Made by a program: the position numbers and the translations under genes. A DNA stretch of 64,000 nt, taken from NCBI GenBank assembly GCA_040830765.1, contig JBFOMH010000009.1, positions 96,001-160,000 of the forward strand, given 5' to 3'. Source of the stretch: Puniceicoccaceae bacterium (GTDB taxonomy: Bacteria; Verrucomicrobiota; Verrucomicrobiia; Opitutales; Oceanipulchritudinaceae). Under the pieces are notes generated by a model. The model did not search any database. It was given only the letters and a program-made list of their open reading frames with translations, and had not been told where the DNA came from. Within the stretch, counting starts at the first letter, position 1, and every line of letters begins with the position of its first letter. Shown here piece by piece: positions 26,026 to 34,257 of the stretch.

Positions 26026-27774
26026 ATGAAAATTATCTGGCGCGTCTCACAATACCTCTTTCGTTATCCGCTCTTATTTGGTCTGGTCCAAATGCTTGCT
26101 GTAGGGATGACGCTGCTGACCATCGCCATTCCCAAGTTCATCGAGTCCATTTTGACCAACATCCAGACTTCATCGGAAATAGCCCCCCTACTCTACGGCA
26201 TCCTGGGAATCATTGCGCTCTACCTTGGCAGCGAAATTTTCAACGGGTTGCGCATTGTCTGCAACAACACCCTTGAACAAAAGGTGCTCTTCGACATGCG
26301 CCAGGACCTGCACCGCAAACTCTTGATTCTCCCGGTCTCCTTCTATGATCAGAGGAAGTCGGGCGAAATTTCCTCCCGGGTAATTGAGGATGTGATGGCT
26401 GTGGAGCGGGCGCTGCTGGACGGGACGGAACTGGGTGGTCGTGCCCTGGTCATGATCGTCGGGGTAACGATCATGCTCTTCCTGACTAATCCCGTCCTGG
26501 CCTGGTTTGTCTTTCTGCCAGTGCCTATCCTGATCATTCTTGGAATCTACTATGCGAAGGGATCCAGGAAGGTCTGGAAGGGTGTCCGCGAAGCCGCCGG
26601 CGACCTCAATAGCCTGCTCGTTGAAGATATTCAAGGCAACCGGCTGATTCAGACATTTGCCCTGCAGAAGAGGGAGAGCCGCCGCTTTGACACCAAAGCC
26701 GCCCTACTACGGAAGCGGACATTGCGCGCGATGTTTCGCTGGGCCGCCTACAGTCCGGGAACCACTTTCCTGACTAACCTCGGTATTGTCGCCGTCATCG
26801 GTATCGGGGGATGGATGATCCTCGATGGAGAAAGCTCCTTCGGCTTTCCCCAGCTAATCGCTTTTCTCATGTACGCCAACATGCTGTACATGCCGATGGG
26901 ACAGCTTCACGGCATCAATCACCTGCTGGCGGCTGGGAAGGCTTCCGGCGAGCGGGTTTTCGAAATTCTCGATGCCGAGGTCGAGGTGGAAAACCCGGCC
27001 CAGCCCAAGCCCTTCCCCGAAGGCCCCCTCCATGTCCGGTTCAACGCAGTTTCATTCCAGTACCCGGGACGACCCGAAGTACTGACGAATTTTGAACTCG
27101 AACTGCCTCCCGGCAAGGTCACGGCACTGGTTGGCCATACCGGTGCCGGGAAGAGCACCGTTGCCAATCTCGCCATGCGAACCTATGATGTCACGGGCGG
27201 CTCCATTACCGTTAATGGCATCCCCATCGAGGAACTCGACCTGGAGGAAATCCATTCCAACATCGGTCATGTCGCCCAGGACCCATTCCTCTTTGAGGGC
27301 ACGGTCAGGGAGAATCTGCTTCTGGCCCGTCCCGAAGCCAACGAGCAGGACCTCATTGACTCGTTGGATGGTGCCTGCGCATGGGATTTTGTGCAAAAGC
27401 TCCCCGAGGGACTGGATACCAATATCGGCGAAAAAGGCATCCGTCTATCCCAGGGGGAAAAGCAACGCATGACCATCGCCCGGGTCCTTCTGAAGAATCC
27501 ACCCTTTGTCATTCTGGACGAAGCCACCGCCAGCGTGGACACCATTACCGAGCGACTGATCCAGCAGGCCCTGGAAAATCTTACCGCTCACCGGACAGTG
27601 CTGGTTATTGCCCACCGGCTCTCGACCGTCCGCAAAGCCGACCAGATTGTCTGCATGAAGGAGGGAGCGATCATTGAAATCGGCTCCCATGAGGACCTCA
27701 TCCTGCAGGACGGGCACTACGCCAAACTCTGGAGCTACCAGAACGATCTCATCCCGGAATCTGTCAATCTCTAG
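26026..27774 (+). CDS. ABC exporter, fused permease/ATPase (MsbA/MdlB-like)
   Basis: N-terminal TM domain; GHTGAGKST, LSQGEKQR, ILDEAT, IAHRLST. Confidence 0.93.
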   Translation: MKIIWRVSQYLFRYPLLFGLVQMLAVGMTLLTIAIPKFIESILTNIQTSSEIAPLLYGILGIIALYLGSEIFNGLRIVCNNTLEQKVLFDMRQDLHRKLLILPVSFYDQRKSGEISSRVIEDVMAVERALLDGTELGGRALVMIVGVTIMLFLTNPVLAWFVFLPVPILIILGIYYAKGSRKVWKGVREAAGDLNSLLVEDIQGNRLIQTFALQKRESRRFDTKAALLRKRTLRAMFRWAAYSPGTTFLTNLGIVAVIGIGGWMILDGESSFGFPQLIAFLMYANMLYMPMGQLHGINHLLAAGKASGERVFEILDAEVEVENPAQPKPFPEGPLHVRFNAVSFQYPGRPEVLTNFELELPPGKVTALVGHTGAGKSTVANLAMRTYDVTGGSITVNGIPIEELDLEEIHSNIGHVAQDPFLFEGTVRENLLLARPEANEQDLIDSLDGACAWDFVQKLPEGLDTNIGEKGIRLSQGEKQRMTIARVLLKNPPFVILDEATASVDTITERLIQQALENLTAHRTVLVIAHRLSTVRKADQIVCMKEGAIIEIGSHEDLILQDGHYAKLWSYQNDLIPESVNL

Positions 27775-29632
27775 GCTGTCTGGATTTCTTCCGGAACGGA
27801 TTGGGGGCCGGTTGCTTCTGGGAACGGGACTTATGGAAGGCCAGGAAATGACGGGCACCCTCAGTTCCCATGTATTTCTCGAGAATTCTCACCGGTGTCC
27901 TCCGTAAATCAACCAGCATCAGCCCATCGAGGGCGTCATTGAAAGCCGGATCCACATTGAAGCTGAGCAAGGTTGCGTTGAGTTTCAAATACTGGCGCAA
28001 AAGGACCGGCACCCCCTTCTCCTCCCGCTCAATTTCCGATATGAGGGCGGAGACATCATCGATGTCCCGAACGGAACGGCGAAAGGATGACTTGTCGAGA
28101 GAACCAAACGACCGGGACCTCGCCGGTTTCCGCGGCTTCACCTTGGAAGCGAAGACAGGATCCAGGTTGTGCTCCTTGAGATACGCCACCATCAGGTTCT
28201 TGGAAAGGCTCTGGTACTCCTTGCTGATGCTGACAGGTCCGAAGAGCGTGCAGTGTTCCGGATGGCGGACGATGAATTGTCCGATCCCCTTCCAAAGAAG
28301 CCCCAGGGAGAGCGGCTTGCGCTGGTATTTTTCAACGACAAATGAGCGGCCCAGCTCGATCGCCGGATTGATCGAGGAAAGCACTGCCGTCTTGATACGG
28401 AACAGGGTCGTTGTGTAGAGGCCGTGCTTGCCATGTTTGGCGAGAATTTCATCCGTCAGTCCGAGGCGGTAGGCACCGACTATCTCCCGTTCCTCGCGAT
28501 TCCAGATGAAAAGGTGCCAGTAGTCGGAATCAAATTTGTCAATATCGGTTGACTGCCCGGTCCCCTCCCCGACTGCCCGAAAGGTTATTTCCCGCAAGCG
28601 GCCCAGCTCCAGCAGGATATGCGGAATCTGGTCGGCCTTGGCCGCATAGACCACAAAGGCAGCGTGTTCGGCCAATACGGACTCCCGAGGCAAGTCAGCC
28701 AATTCCTCCTCCAGCTTTTCGACTGGCTGGGCGGGTGTGATTGGTTTTCCAGAATGGGCCCGCCGGAGATCCGGGGCAAAGACTGTTTTGTCCGCTACCT
28801 GGCGGTTTTGCAGGATGTAGGTTCGCAAACGGAGAAAGTCCATGACCTCCCGATGGGAACGGAAGCGCTCAAGCCGTCTGGCTGAAATGGGATTGCCGAC
28901 ACGAACCTCGATGACCCGGTTCTTGGCCCGCAGCATTTCGCGTGGGAGAAGGGCTGTCCGGAGCCTTGGATGAAGAAGCCCGGCGACTTGGAAAAAGATG
29001 GAGTTGTGCCCCTTGAAGTAGACCGGCACCACGGCAGCGCCGCTTTTAAGGAGCAGGGGTGCGAGGTTTTCGGCCCATACAGGATCGCTAACCCGGCGAG
29101 AGCCCCACTTCAAGTGAGAGACCGTTCCGGACGGGAATGTGGCCAGGGCGTGACCATCCTTCAACCAGCGCAAGCTGTCCTTCATCCCCTTGAAATTTGC
29201 CTTGGCCGCACCAGGGCCTCCGAAAGGATCGACATAGAAGCAGCGACCGCCCATGTCATCGACCCGGGAAAGGAGATAGTTGGCGAGGAACATCCCATCA
29301 TCCCGCACGCGGTCCAGCATGGACCCAAAGACCAGACCGTCGACGCCCCCATAGGGGTGGTTGGCGACAAGGAAAACAGGACCAGTCTTTGGAATTCGCT
29401 GCAGATCCGCTTCACTGACCTTGTACCGGACACCAAGAACCCCAAGCCCCTGATCAAAGAAGCCGGCCTCGCTGCTTTGGCGGACGTCAAGAAATTGCCG
29501 ATAGTGCTCGTTCAGGCTGGAGATACGGAGCAACGGCTCCATTATCTTCCCGGCAATCCGGAAGAATGGCCGCTGCCATGGACGGCGGGCCAATTCTTGG
29601 AAATCGGCAACTCGGGGTTCAGTATCAGGCAT
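27764..29632 (-). CDS. Fused PlsC-type acyltransferase + GNAT N-acyltransferase (OlsF-like; often annotated 'putative hemolysin')
   Basis: ANHPYGGVDG (HxxxxD) and FPSG in the N-domain; ELGRLREITFR..GEG, D.FD.DY.HL, VGAYR, ELGRSF, LW.GI, PVLLRQY in the C-domain. Confidence 0.85.
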   Translation of the reverse strand: MPDTEPRVADFQELARRPWQRPFFRIAGKIMEPLLRISSLNEHYRQFLDVRQSSEAGFFDQGLGVLGVRYKVSEADLQRIPKTGPVFLVANHPYGGVDGLVFGSMLDRVRDDGMFLANYLLSRVDDMGGRCFYVDPFGGPGAAKANFKGMKDSLRWLKDGHALATFPSGTVSHLKWGSRRVSDPVWAENLAPLLLKSGAAVVPVYFKGHNSIFFQVAGLLHPRLRTALLPREMLRAKNRVIEVRVGNPISARRLERFRSHREVMDFLRLRTYILQNRQVADKTVFAPDLRRAHSGKPITPAQPVEKLEEELADLPRESVLAEHAAFVVYAAKADQIPHILLELGRLREITFRAVGEGTGQSTDIDKFDSDYWHLFIWNREEREIVGAYRLGLTDEILAKHGKHGLYTTTLFRIKTAVLSSINPAIELGRSFVVEKYQRKPLSLGLLWKGIGQFIVRHPEHCTLFGPVSISKEYQSLSKNLMVAYLKEHNLDPVFASKVKPRKPARSRSFGSLDKSSFRRSVRDIDDVSALISEIEREEKGVPVLLRQYLKLNATLLSFNVDPAFNDALDGLMLVDLRRTPVRILEKYMGTEGARHFLAFHKSRSQKQPAPNPFRKKSRQPRD

Positions 29633-29671
29633 GGCAGGAATTGGGAGTAGCCCACTATCGGATGCTGCCTC

Positions 29672-29699
29672 AGCTTATCTCCAGCCAAATCTTACGCAA
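29672..29699 (-). promoter_or_regulatory. Putative promoter of the OlsF-like gene
   Basis: TTGCGT-N16-TAAGCT. Confidence 0.5.
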
Positions 29700-29767
29700 G
29701 CCCCATCCTCCGGGGTTAAGTATGTGTAACAAGGTGACAGGTTCCTTGCGATTGCCTGACGGGGAAG

Positions 29768-31354
29768 TTACTCGTCCGAAATCATCAACTTGTAGCGGAA
29801 TGAATCCCTAAGCGCCTGCCAACTGGCCTCGATGACGTTGGGGTTGGCCCCACAGGTCCACCAGGTATTTTCCCCGTCTCCGGAAAGCATCAGGACCTGG
29901 ACCACGGAATCGGTCCCCAGCCCGGTTTGCAGGATCCGCACCTTGTAGTCAATCAGCTGGACGCTGCGCAGCTCGGGAAAGTGCGCCCCGAAGGCCAACC
30001 GCATGGCATGGTCAAGGGCACCAACCGGACCGGTCGATTCGGCCACGCTGATCTTGATGTCTTCCTCGTCGACAACACGGATTTTAACCACGGCCTCACT
30101 GATGTTCTCATGCTTGTCGCGGACGACTTCTGATATGGTCCGGTAGCTGACAAGGTTGAAATTGTCTTCCATCCCGTGGAAGTGCTGGGCCAGCAAGACC
30201 TTGAAGCTGGCATCAGCGTTTTCGTACTCGTAACCCTTAGCCTCACGTTCCTTCAGCTTCTTGATGAACGAGCGCATCTCCTTGGACTTCGGCTCAACTT
30301 CTATACCCAGCTCCGCGGCCTTCATGGCCACGCTGCTGCCGCCAGCCATGTCGGAAAGCAGAATGCGCTGGCGGTTACCGACGCACTCGGGCTGGACATG
30401 TTCGTAGCTGCGGGAGACCTTTTGCGCGGCATTGGCATGCACGCCCCCTTTGTGGGCGAAGGCACTCCGTCCAACATAGGGTGCCTTCGGGTTGGGCACA
30501 TGGTTGGCCATGTTATCGATCCCATGAGCCAGTTCACACAGTTTATTGAGATGCTTATCCGAGTTGAAGGAATAGCCCAGCTTCAGGGAAAGGTTGGCCA
30601 TGACTGTTGTCAGGTCGGCGTTGCCGACCCGTTCGCCATAACCGTTCTGGGTACCCTGAACCATCCGTGCACCTGCTTCCACCGCAACCTGGGAAAGGGC
30701 GACTCCGAGCCCGCAATCATTATGGGCATGAATCCCCACTTTGACTGATCCCATCTCCCGGACAACTTCCTCCACCACACCGGAGAGCCATTTGACCTGG
30801 GAACCTCCGTTTGTATCACACAGGACCACCCAGTCCGCCCCACCAGCAGCGGCTGCCTTGAGCGTTTGCATTGCATAAGCCGGGTCATCCCTGTAGCCGT
30901 CAAAAAAATGCTCTGCGTCGTAGATGACCTCGCGCCCGGCCTCCTTCAGAAAGCGGACGGATTCCTCGATCATGGCCAGGTTCTCCTCTGCCGTCGTCCG
31001 CAGGACCTCCGTCACATGCAGTAACCAGGTCTTGCCGAAGATGGTCACCACCGGCGTTTCGGCCTCCAGCAAAGTGGCCAGCTGGGGATCTTCCTCCGCC
31101 TTGAGGCTGGCCCGGCGGGTTGAGCCGAATGCGGTTACCCGGGCATGCTTAAAGGTTTTCTTCTTGGCCAGTTCAAAGAAGACCATATCCCGCGGATTGG
31201 AACCCGGCCAGCCGCCTTCAATGTAGTCAATCCCGAATGCATCCAGTTTCTCGGCGACGAGGATCTTGTCCTCGGCAGAGAAGGAAATGCCCTCCCCCTG
31301 GGTGCCATCACGCAGGGTGGTATCGTAGATCATTACATTTTCAGCCTCTTTCAT
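29768..31354 (-). CDS. cimA: Citramalate synthase
   Basis: YDTTLRDGTQGEG, EGGWPGSNP, YDAEHFFDG, CDTNGG, HAHND, AHKGGVH, DYKVRIL. Confidence 0.92.
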   Translation of the reverse strand: MKEAENVMIYDTTLRDGTQGEGISFSAEDKILVAEKLDAFGIDYIEGGWPGSNPRDMVFFELAKKKTFKHARVTAFGSTRRASLKAEEDPQLATLLEAETPVVTIFGKTWLLHVTEVLRTTAEENLAMIEESVRFLKEAGREVIYDAEHFFDGYRDDPAYAMQTLKAAAAGGADWVVLCDTNGGSQVKWLSGVVEEVVREMGSVKVGIHAHNDCGLGVALSQVAVEAGARMVQGTQNGYGERVGNADLTTVMANLSLKLGYSFNSDKHLNKLCELAHGIDNMANHVPNPKAPYVGRSAFAHKGGVHANAAQKVSRSYEHVQPECVGNRQRILLSDMAGGSSVAMKAAELGIEVEPKSKEMRSFIKKLKEREAKGYEYENADASFKVLLAQHFHGMEDNFNLVSYRTISEVVRDKHENISEAVVKIRVVDEEDIKISVAESTGPVGALDHAMRLAFGAHFPELRSVQLIDYKVRILQTGLGTDSVVQVLMLSGDGENTWWTCGANPNVIEASWQALRDSFRYKLMISDE

Positions 31355-31448
31355 CACATCCGGTGTTTGCCCTTTGCGCCTTTTGGTCAATGGCAAAATG
31401 CCTTTGCCCTTGCCTTTGGGACCTGCTAGTGAAGGCCGGTTTAGAGCA

Positions 31449-32813
31449 ATGCGCTATCGTGAAATCAACTTTGATGGCCTTGTCGGGCCAACCCATAATT
31501 ATGCCGGGCTCTCCCTAGGGAATGTCGCCTCCCAGGAAAACAAGGACGCTGTTTCCAATCCACGGAAAGCCGCCTTGCAGGGTCTGGAAAAGGCCAAATC
31601 CCTTGCCGAACGGGGAATTCTCCAGGCAATCCTGCCCCCCCAGGAAAGGCCTTCCATCAACGCCCTGCTCGACTGGGGTATCAAGGGCATTTCCGATGAG
31701 GAAGTTCTGGAGCAAGCAGCCAGCCAGGCCCCGCAGCTCCTCGCCGCCGCTGCCTCCGCGTCCTCGATGTGGACCGCCAATGCCTGCACCATGACTCCTT
31801 CCATCGACACCAGGGACGAGCGGACCCATTTCACCCCGGCCAACCTGTCCTCCAAGCTGCACCGCAGCATCGAGGCGCCGTTCACCTTTCGGCTCCTGAA
31901 AGCAATTTTCTCAGACGAGGATCGCTTCGTTGTCCATCCTCCCCTTGGTGGAGGAGCCGCCATGGCGGATGAGGGAGCAGCCAACCATACCCGCTTTTGC
32001 CCGGGCCTCTCCTCCAAAGGCCTGCACCTTTTTGTCTATGGGCGGCATGCCTTTGCCCATCTGGCGGCAGAGCCAAAGCGCTACCCCGCTCGACAGACCC
32101 GGGAAAGCTTTGAAAGCATTGCCCGCCACCACGAAATTCCAAGCGAACAGCTAATCTTGCTCCAGCAGTCCCCTGAAGCCATCGATGCAGGGGTTTTCCA
32201 CAACGATGTCATCTCCGTCGGCAACCGGGACGTCTTCCTCTGCCACGAGGACGCATTTCTCGACCAGGATGCCGCCATCCGGGAACTGCAAGCCGCCTTT
32301 CGCGCCCTTTCCGGCGATCCCCTGAGGCTCATTCAAGTGCCCCGGGAGCAAGTCAGCCTGCAGGATGCCGTCAGCAGTTACCTCTTCAATAGCCAGTTGC
32401 TGACGCTTCCTGAGGGACGCCAACTCCTCGTCGCTCCTTCCGAGTCTTCCGCAAACCCCCGGGTGGCTGGATTCCTTCAGCATTGCCTTGAGGACAAGGA
32501 CAACCCCATCGATGAGGTCCTCTACTTCGACCTCCGGGAGAGCATGCGCAATGGCGGCGGCCCGGCCTGCCTCCGTCAGCGGGTCGTGCTCAATGCCGGG
32601 GAATTGCGTCACCTCAAGGGGCGGGTCCTCCTTGATGACACCCTCTACACGGAGCTGAAGGATTGGATCAACGCCCATTACCGTGAAAAACTGGCTCCCG
32701 CCGACCTTGCTGATCCGCAATTGCTTGAGGAGTCCCGCCAGGCGCTGGACGCATTGACCGCCATCCTCCATCTTCCCTCCCTTTACGACTTCCAAGGGGC
32801 GAAAAACCCGTAA
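31449..32813 (+). CDS. astB: N-succinylarginine dihydrolase
   Basis: EINFDGLVGPTHNYAGLS.GN.AS, SSMWTANA, DEGAANH, GVFHNDVI, SYLFNSQ, ESMRNGGGPACLR. Confidence 0.95.
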   Translation: MRYREINFDGLVGPTHNYAGLSLGNVASQENKDAVSNPRKAALQGLEKAKSLAERGILQAILPPQERPSINALLDWGIKGISDEEVLEQAASQAPQLLAAAASASSMWTANACTMTPSIDTRDERTHFTPANLSSKLHRSIEAPFTFRLLKAIFSDEDRFVVHPPLGGGAAMADEGAANHTRFCPGLSSKGLHLFVYGRHAFAHLAAEPKRYPARQTRESFESIARHHEIPSEQLILLQQSPEAIDAGVFHNDVISVGNRDVFLCHEDAFLDQDAAIRELQAAFRALSGDPLRLIQVPREQVSLQDAVSSYLFNSQLLTLPEGRQLLVAPSESSANPRVAGFLQHCLEDKDNPIDEVLYFDLRESMRNGGGPACLRQRVVLNAGELRHLKGRVLLDDTLYTELKDWINAHYREKLAPADLADPQLLEESRQALDALTAILHLPSLYDFQGAKNP

Positions 32814-32855
32814 CCCGGTCTTGCCGCGGACGCGATATCCTTCAGCATCATCAGC

Positions 32856-33611
32856 ATGACTGCCCTGGACGAGATTGTTGCCTTTTGTGACGAAACAACC
32901 CGCCGCCACGAGGTGGCAGACTTTCCCGGTGCCAACAACGGCCTGCAATTGCAGAACAACGGCTCCGTCAGCCGCATCGGGGCCGCAGTTGACGCTGGGC
33001 GCATCCCCTTTGAAGCAGCCATCGCCGAGGGCATCGACTTTCTCATCGTCCACCACGGCCTCTTCTGGAATACCCCTTCGAGCTATTCAGGCCCCCTTTA
33101 TGAAAAGCTGAAGCTGGCCATGGACAACAATTTGGCTGTCTACAGCTCCCACCTGCCTCTTGATGCCCATCAGGAGATTGGCAACAACCGCCTTCTCGCC
33201 AAAACCATCGGACTGGAACCCGTTGAATGGTTCCTGCCCTATGAGGGAACTCCCATCGCCCTCTTGGCCGAAGGGCCGCCAGACCGGGATGAACTGCGGA
33301 AACGGCTCGAGTCGGAGTACCCCGGCGGCATCACAGCCATCGAGTATGGCTCCACCAAGCCCGGCAAAGTGGCCATCCTTACCGGTTCCGGCCGCAGCGC
33401 CCTCAGCGAGCTCAAGTCGGTCGGTACCGATACCCTGATTACCGGGGAGCTGCGTCAGGAGCACTTCAACCTCGCTCAGGAGGAGGGATTCAACCTCTAT
33501 GTCTGCGGCCACTACGCCACCGAGCGCTACGGGGTCACTGCCCTCGCCAAGCTTGCCGGAGAGGCCTTCAAGCTGCCTTTCTCCTTCGTTCAGACGGATT
33601 GTCCGCTCTGA
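32856..33611 (+). CDS. Nif3/YbgI (DUF34) dinuclear metal protein
   Basis: NGLQ, AVDA, VHHGLFW, SHLPLDAH, GNN, ITGE, GHYATE. Confidence 0.93.
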   Translation: MTALDEIVAFCDETTRRHEVADFPGANNGLQLQNNGSVSRIGAAVDAGRIPFEAAIAEGIDFLIVHHGLFWNTPSSYSGPLYEKLKLAMDNNLAVYSSHLPLDAHQEIGNNRLLAKTIGLEPVEWFLPYEGTPIALLAEGPPDRDELRKRLESEYPGGITAIEYGSTKPGKVAILTGSGRSALSELKSVGTDTLITGELRQEHFNLAQEEGFNLYVCGHYATERYGVTALAKLAGEAFKLPFSFVQTDCPL

Positions 33612-33621
33612 ACTTTTCTCC

Positions 33622-33796
33622 TTGCAAATTAAGCAAGGTTCGCCACCTTCCTCCCTTTCCGCGTCGAGAGGTCGGGCGAAATCCCCTCCTCCGCGACTGT
33701 CCCGCGGCAGCGGGATGAGACGGTTGGATTGGCTCCGGCGAGTCCTCCGGTCCCTCCAAAGAGGGTCCCAATAGTCGTGCAACAAGAATCAACACA
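33622..33796 (+). promoter_or_regulatory. rpsO promoter plus ~140-nt structured 5' leader (candidate S15 autoregulatory RNA)
   Basis: TTGCAA-N16-CACCTT at 33622-33649; helices GCGACTGT(33693-700)/ATAGTCGT(33771-778), TCCCGC-GGCA-GCGGGA, CCCTC-CAAA-GAGGG. Confidence 0.55.
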
Positions 33797-34066
33797 ATGG
33801 CTAAATCACAACTCGATAAATCAAGCGTTATAACGGACTTCAAGAGTCACGACACCGACACTGGGTCGCCTGAAGTCCAGATTGCCCTGCTGACCCAGCG
33901 GATCAATCACCTCACCGATCACTTGCGGACCCATCGCAAGGATTTCCACAGCCGCCGCGGCCTCATTGCCATGACCAGCCGCCGGCGCAAGCTTCTCGAC
34001 TATGTCAAGCGACATGACCTCGAGAAGTACAAGCAATTGCTTGAACGTTTGAAGCTCCGCCGCTAA
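33797..34066 (+). CDS. rpsO: 30S ribosomal protein S15
   Basis: [31 protein letters not shown]. Confidence 0.99.
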   Translation: MAKSQLDKSSVITDFKSHDTDTGSPEVQIALLTQRINHLTDHLRTHRKDFHSRRGLIAMTSRRRKLLDYVKRHDLEKYKQLLERLKLRR

Positions 34067-34111
34067 GGTCGGAGATTCTTGCTTTTGAAAGCAATTCTCA
34101 ACCCAGTCTAA

Positions 34112-34200
34112 TCCGCCATCCACGGCTGCATTTTGTAGGAAGTCCGCCTGCCGGGCACGATTCCGGCAGGCGAACTTCCTAAAGTCAGCTGGATGGTGGA
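34112..34200 (+). promoter_or_regulatory. Long imperfect hairpin in the pnp leader (candidate RNase III site)
   Basis: TCCGCCATCCA/TGGATGGTGGA, GCTG/CAGC, TAGGAAGT/ACTTCCTA, CGCCTGCCGG/CCGGCAGGCG nested around loop GCACGATT. Confidence 0.7.
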
Positions 34201-34257
34201 CAACCTAACGGTCAGGGGCCCCTGTGGTCTCCTGCCCGCACAGTCTAGTTAATATTC

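Noticed and set aside
27764..29632. 'Hemolysin' virulence annotation
   Set aside because: The motifs are those of acyltransferases (HxxxxD + GNAT); no toxin features
33656..33796. Possible tRNA, SRP RNA or riboswitch in the rpsO upstream region
   Set aside because: No T-loop GTTCRA/cloverleaf, no SRP CAGG..GRAA..AGCA core, no recognisable aptamer consensus; kept only as a leader candidate
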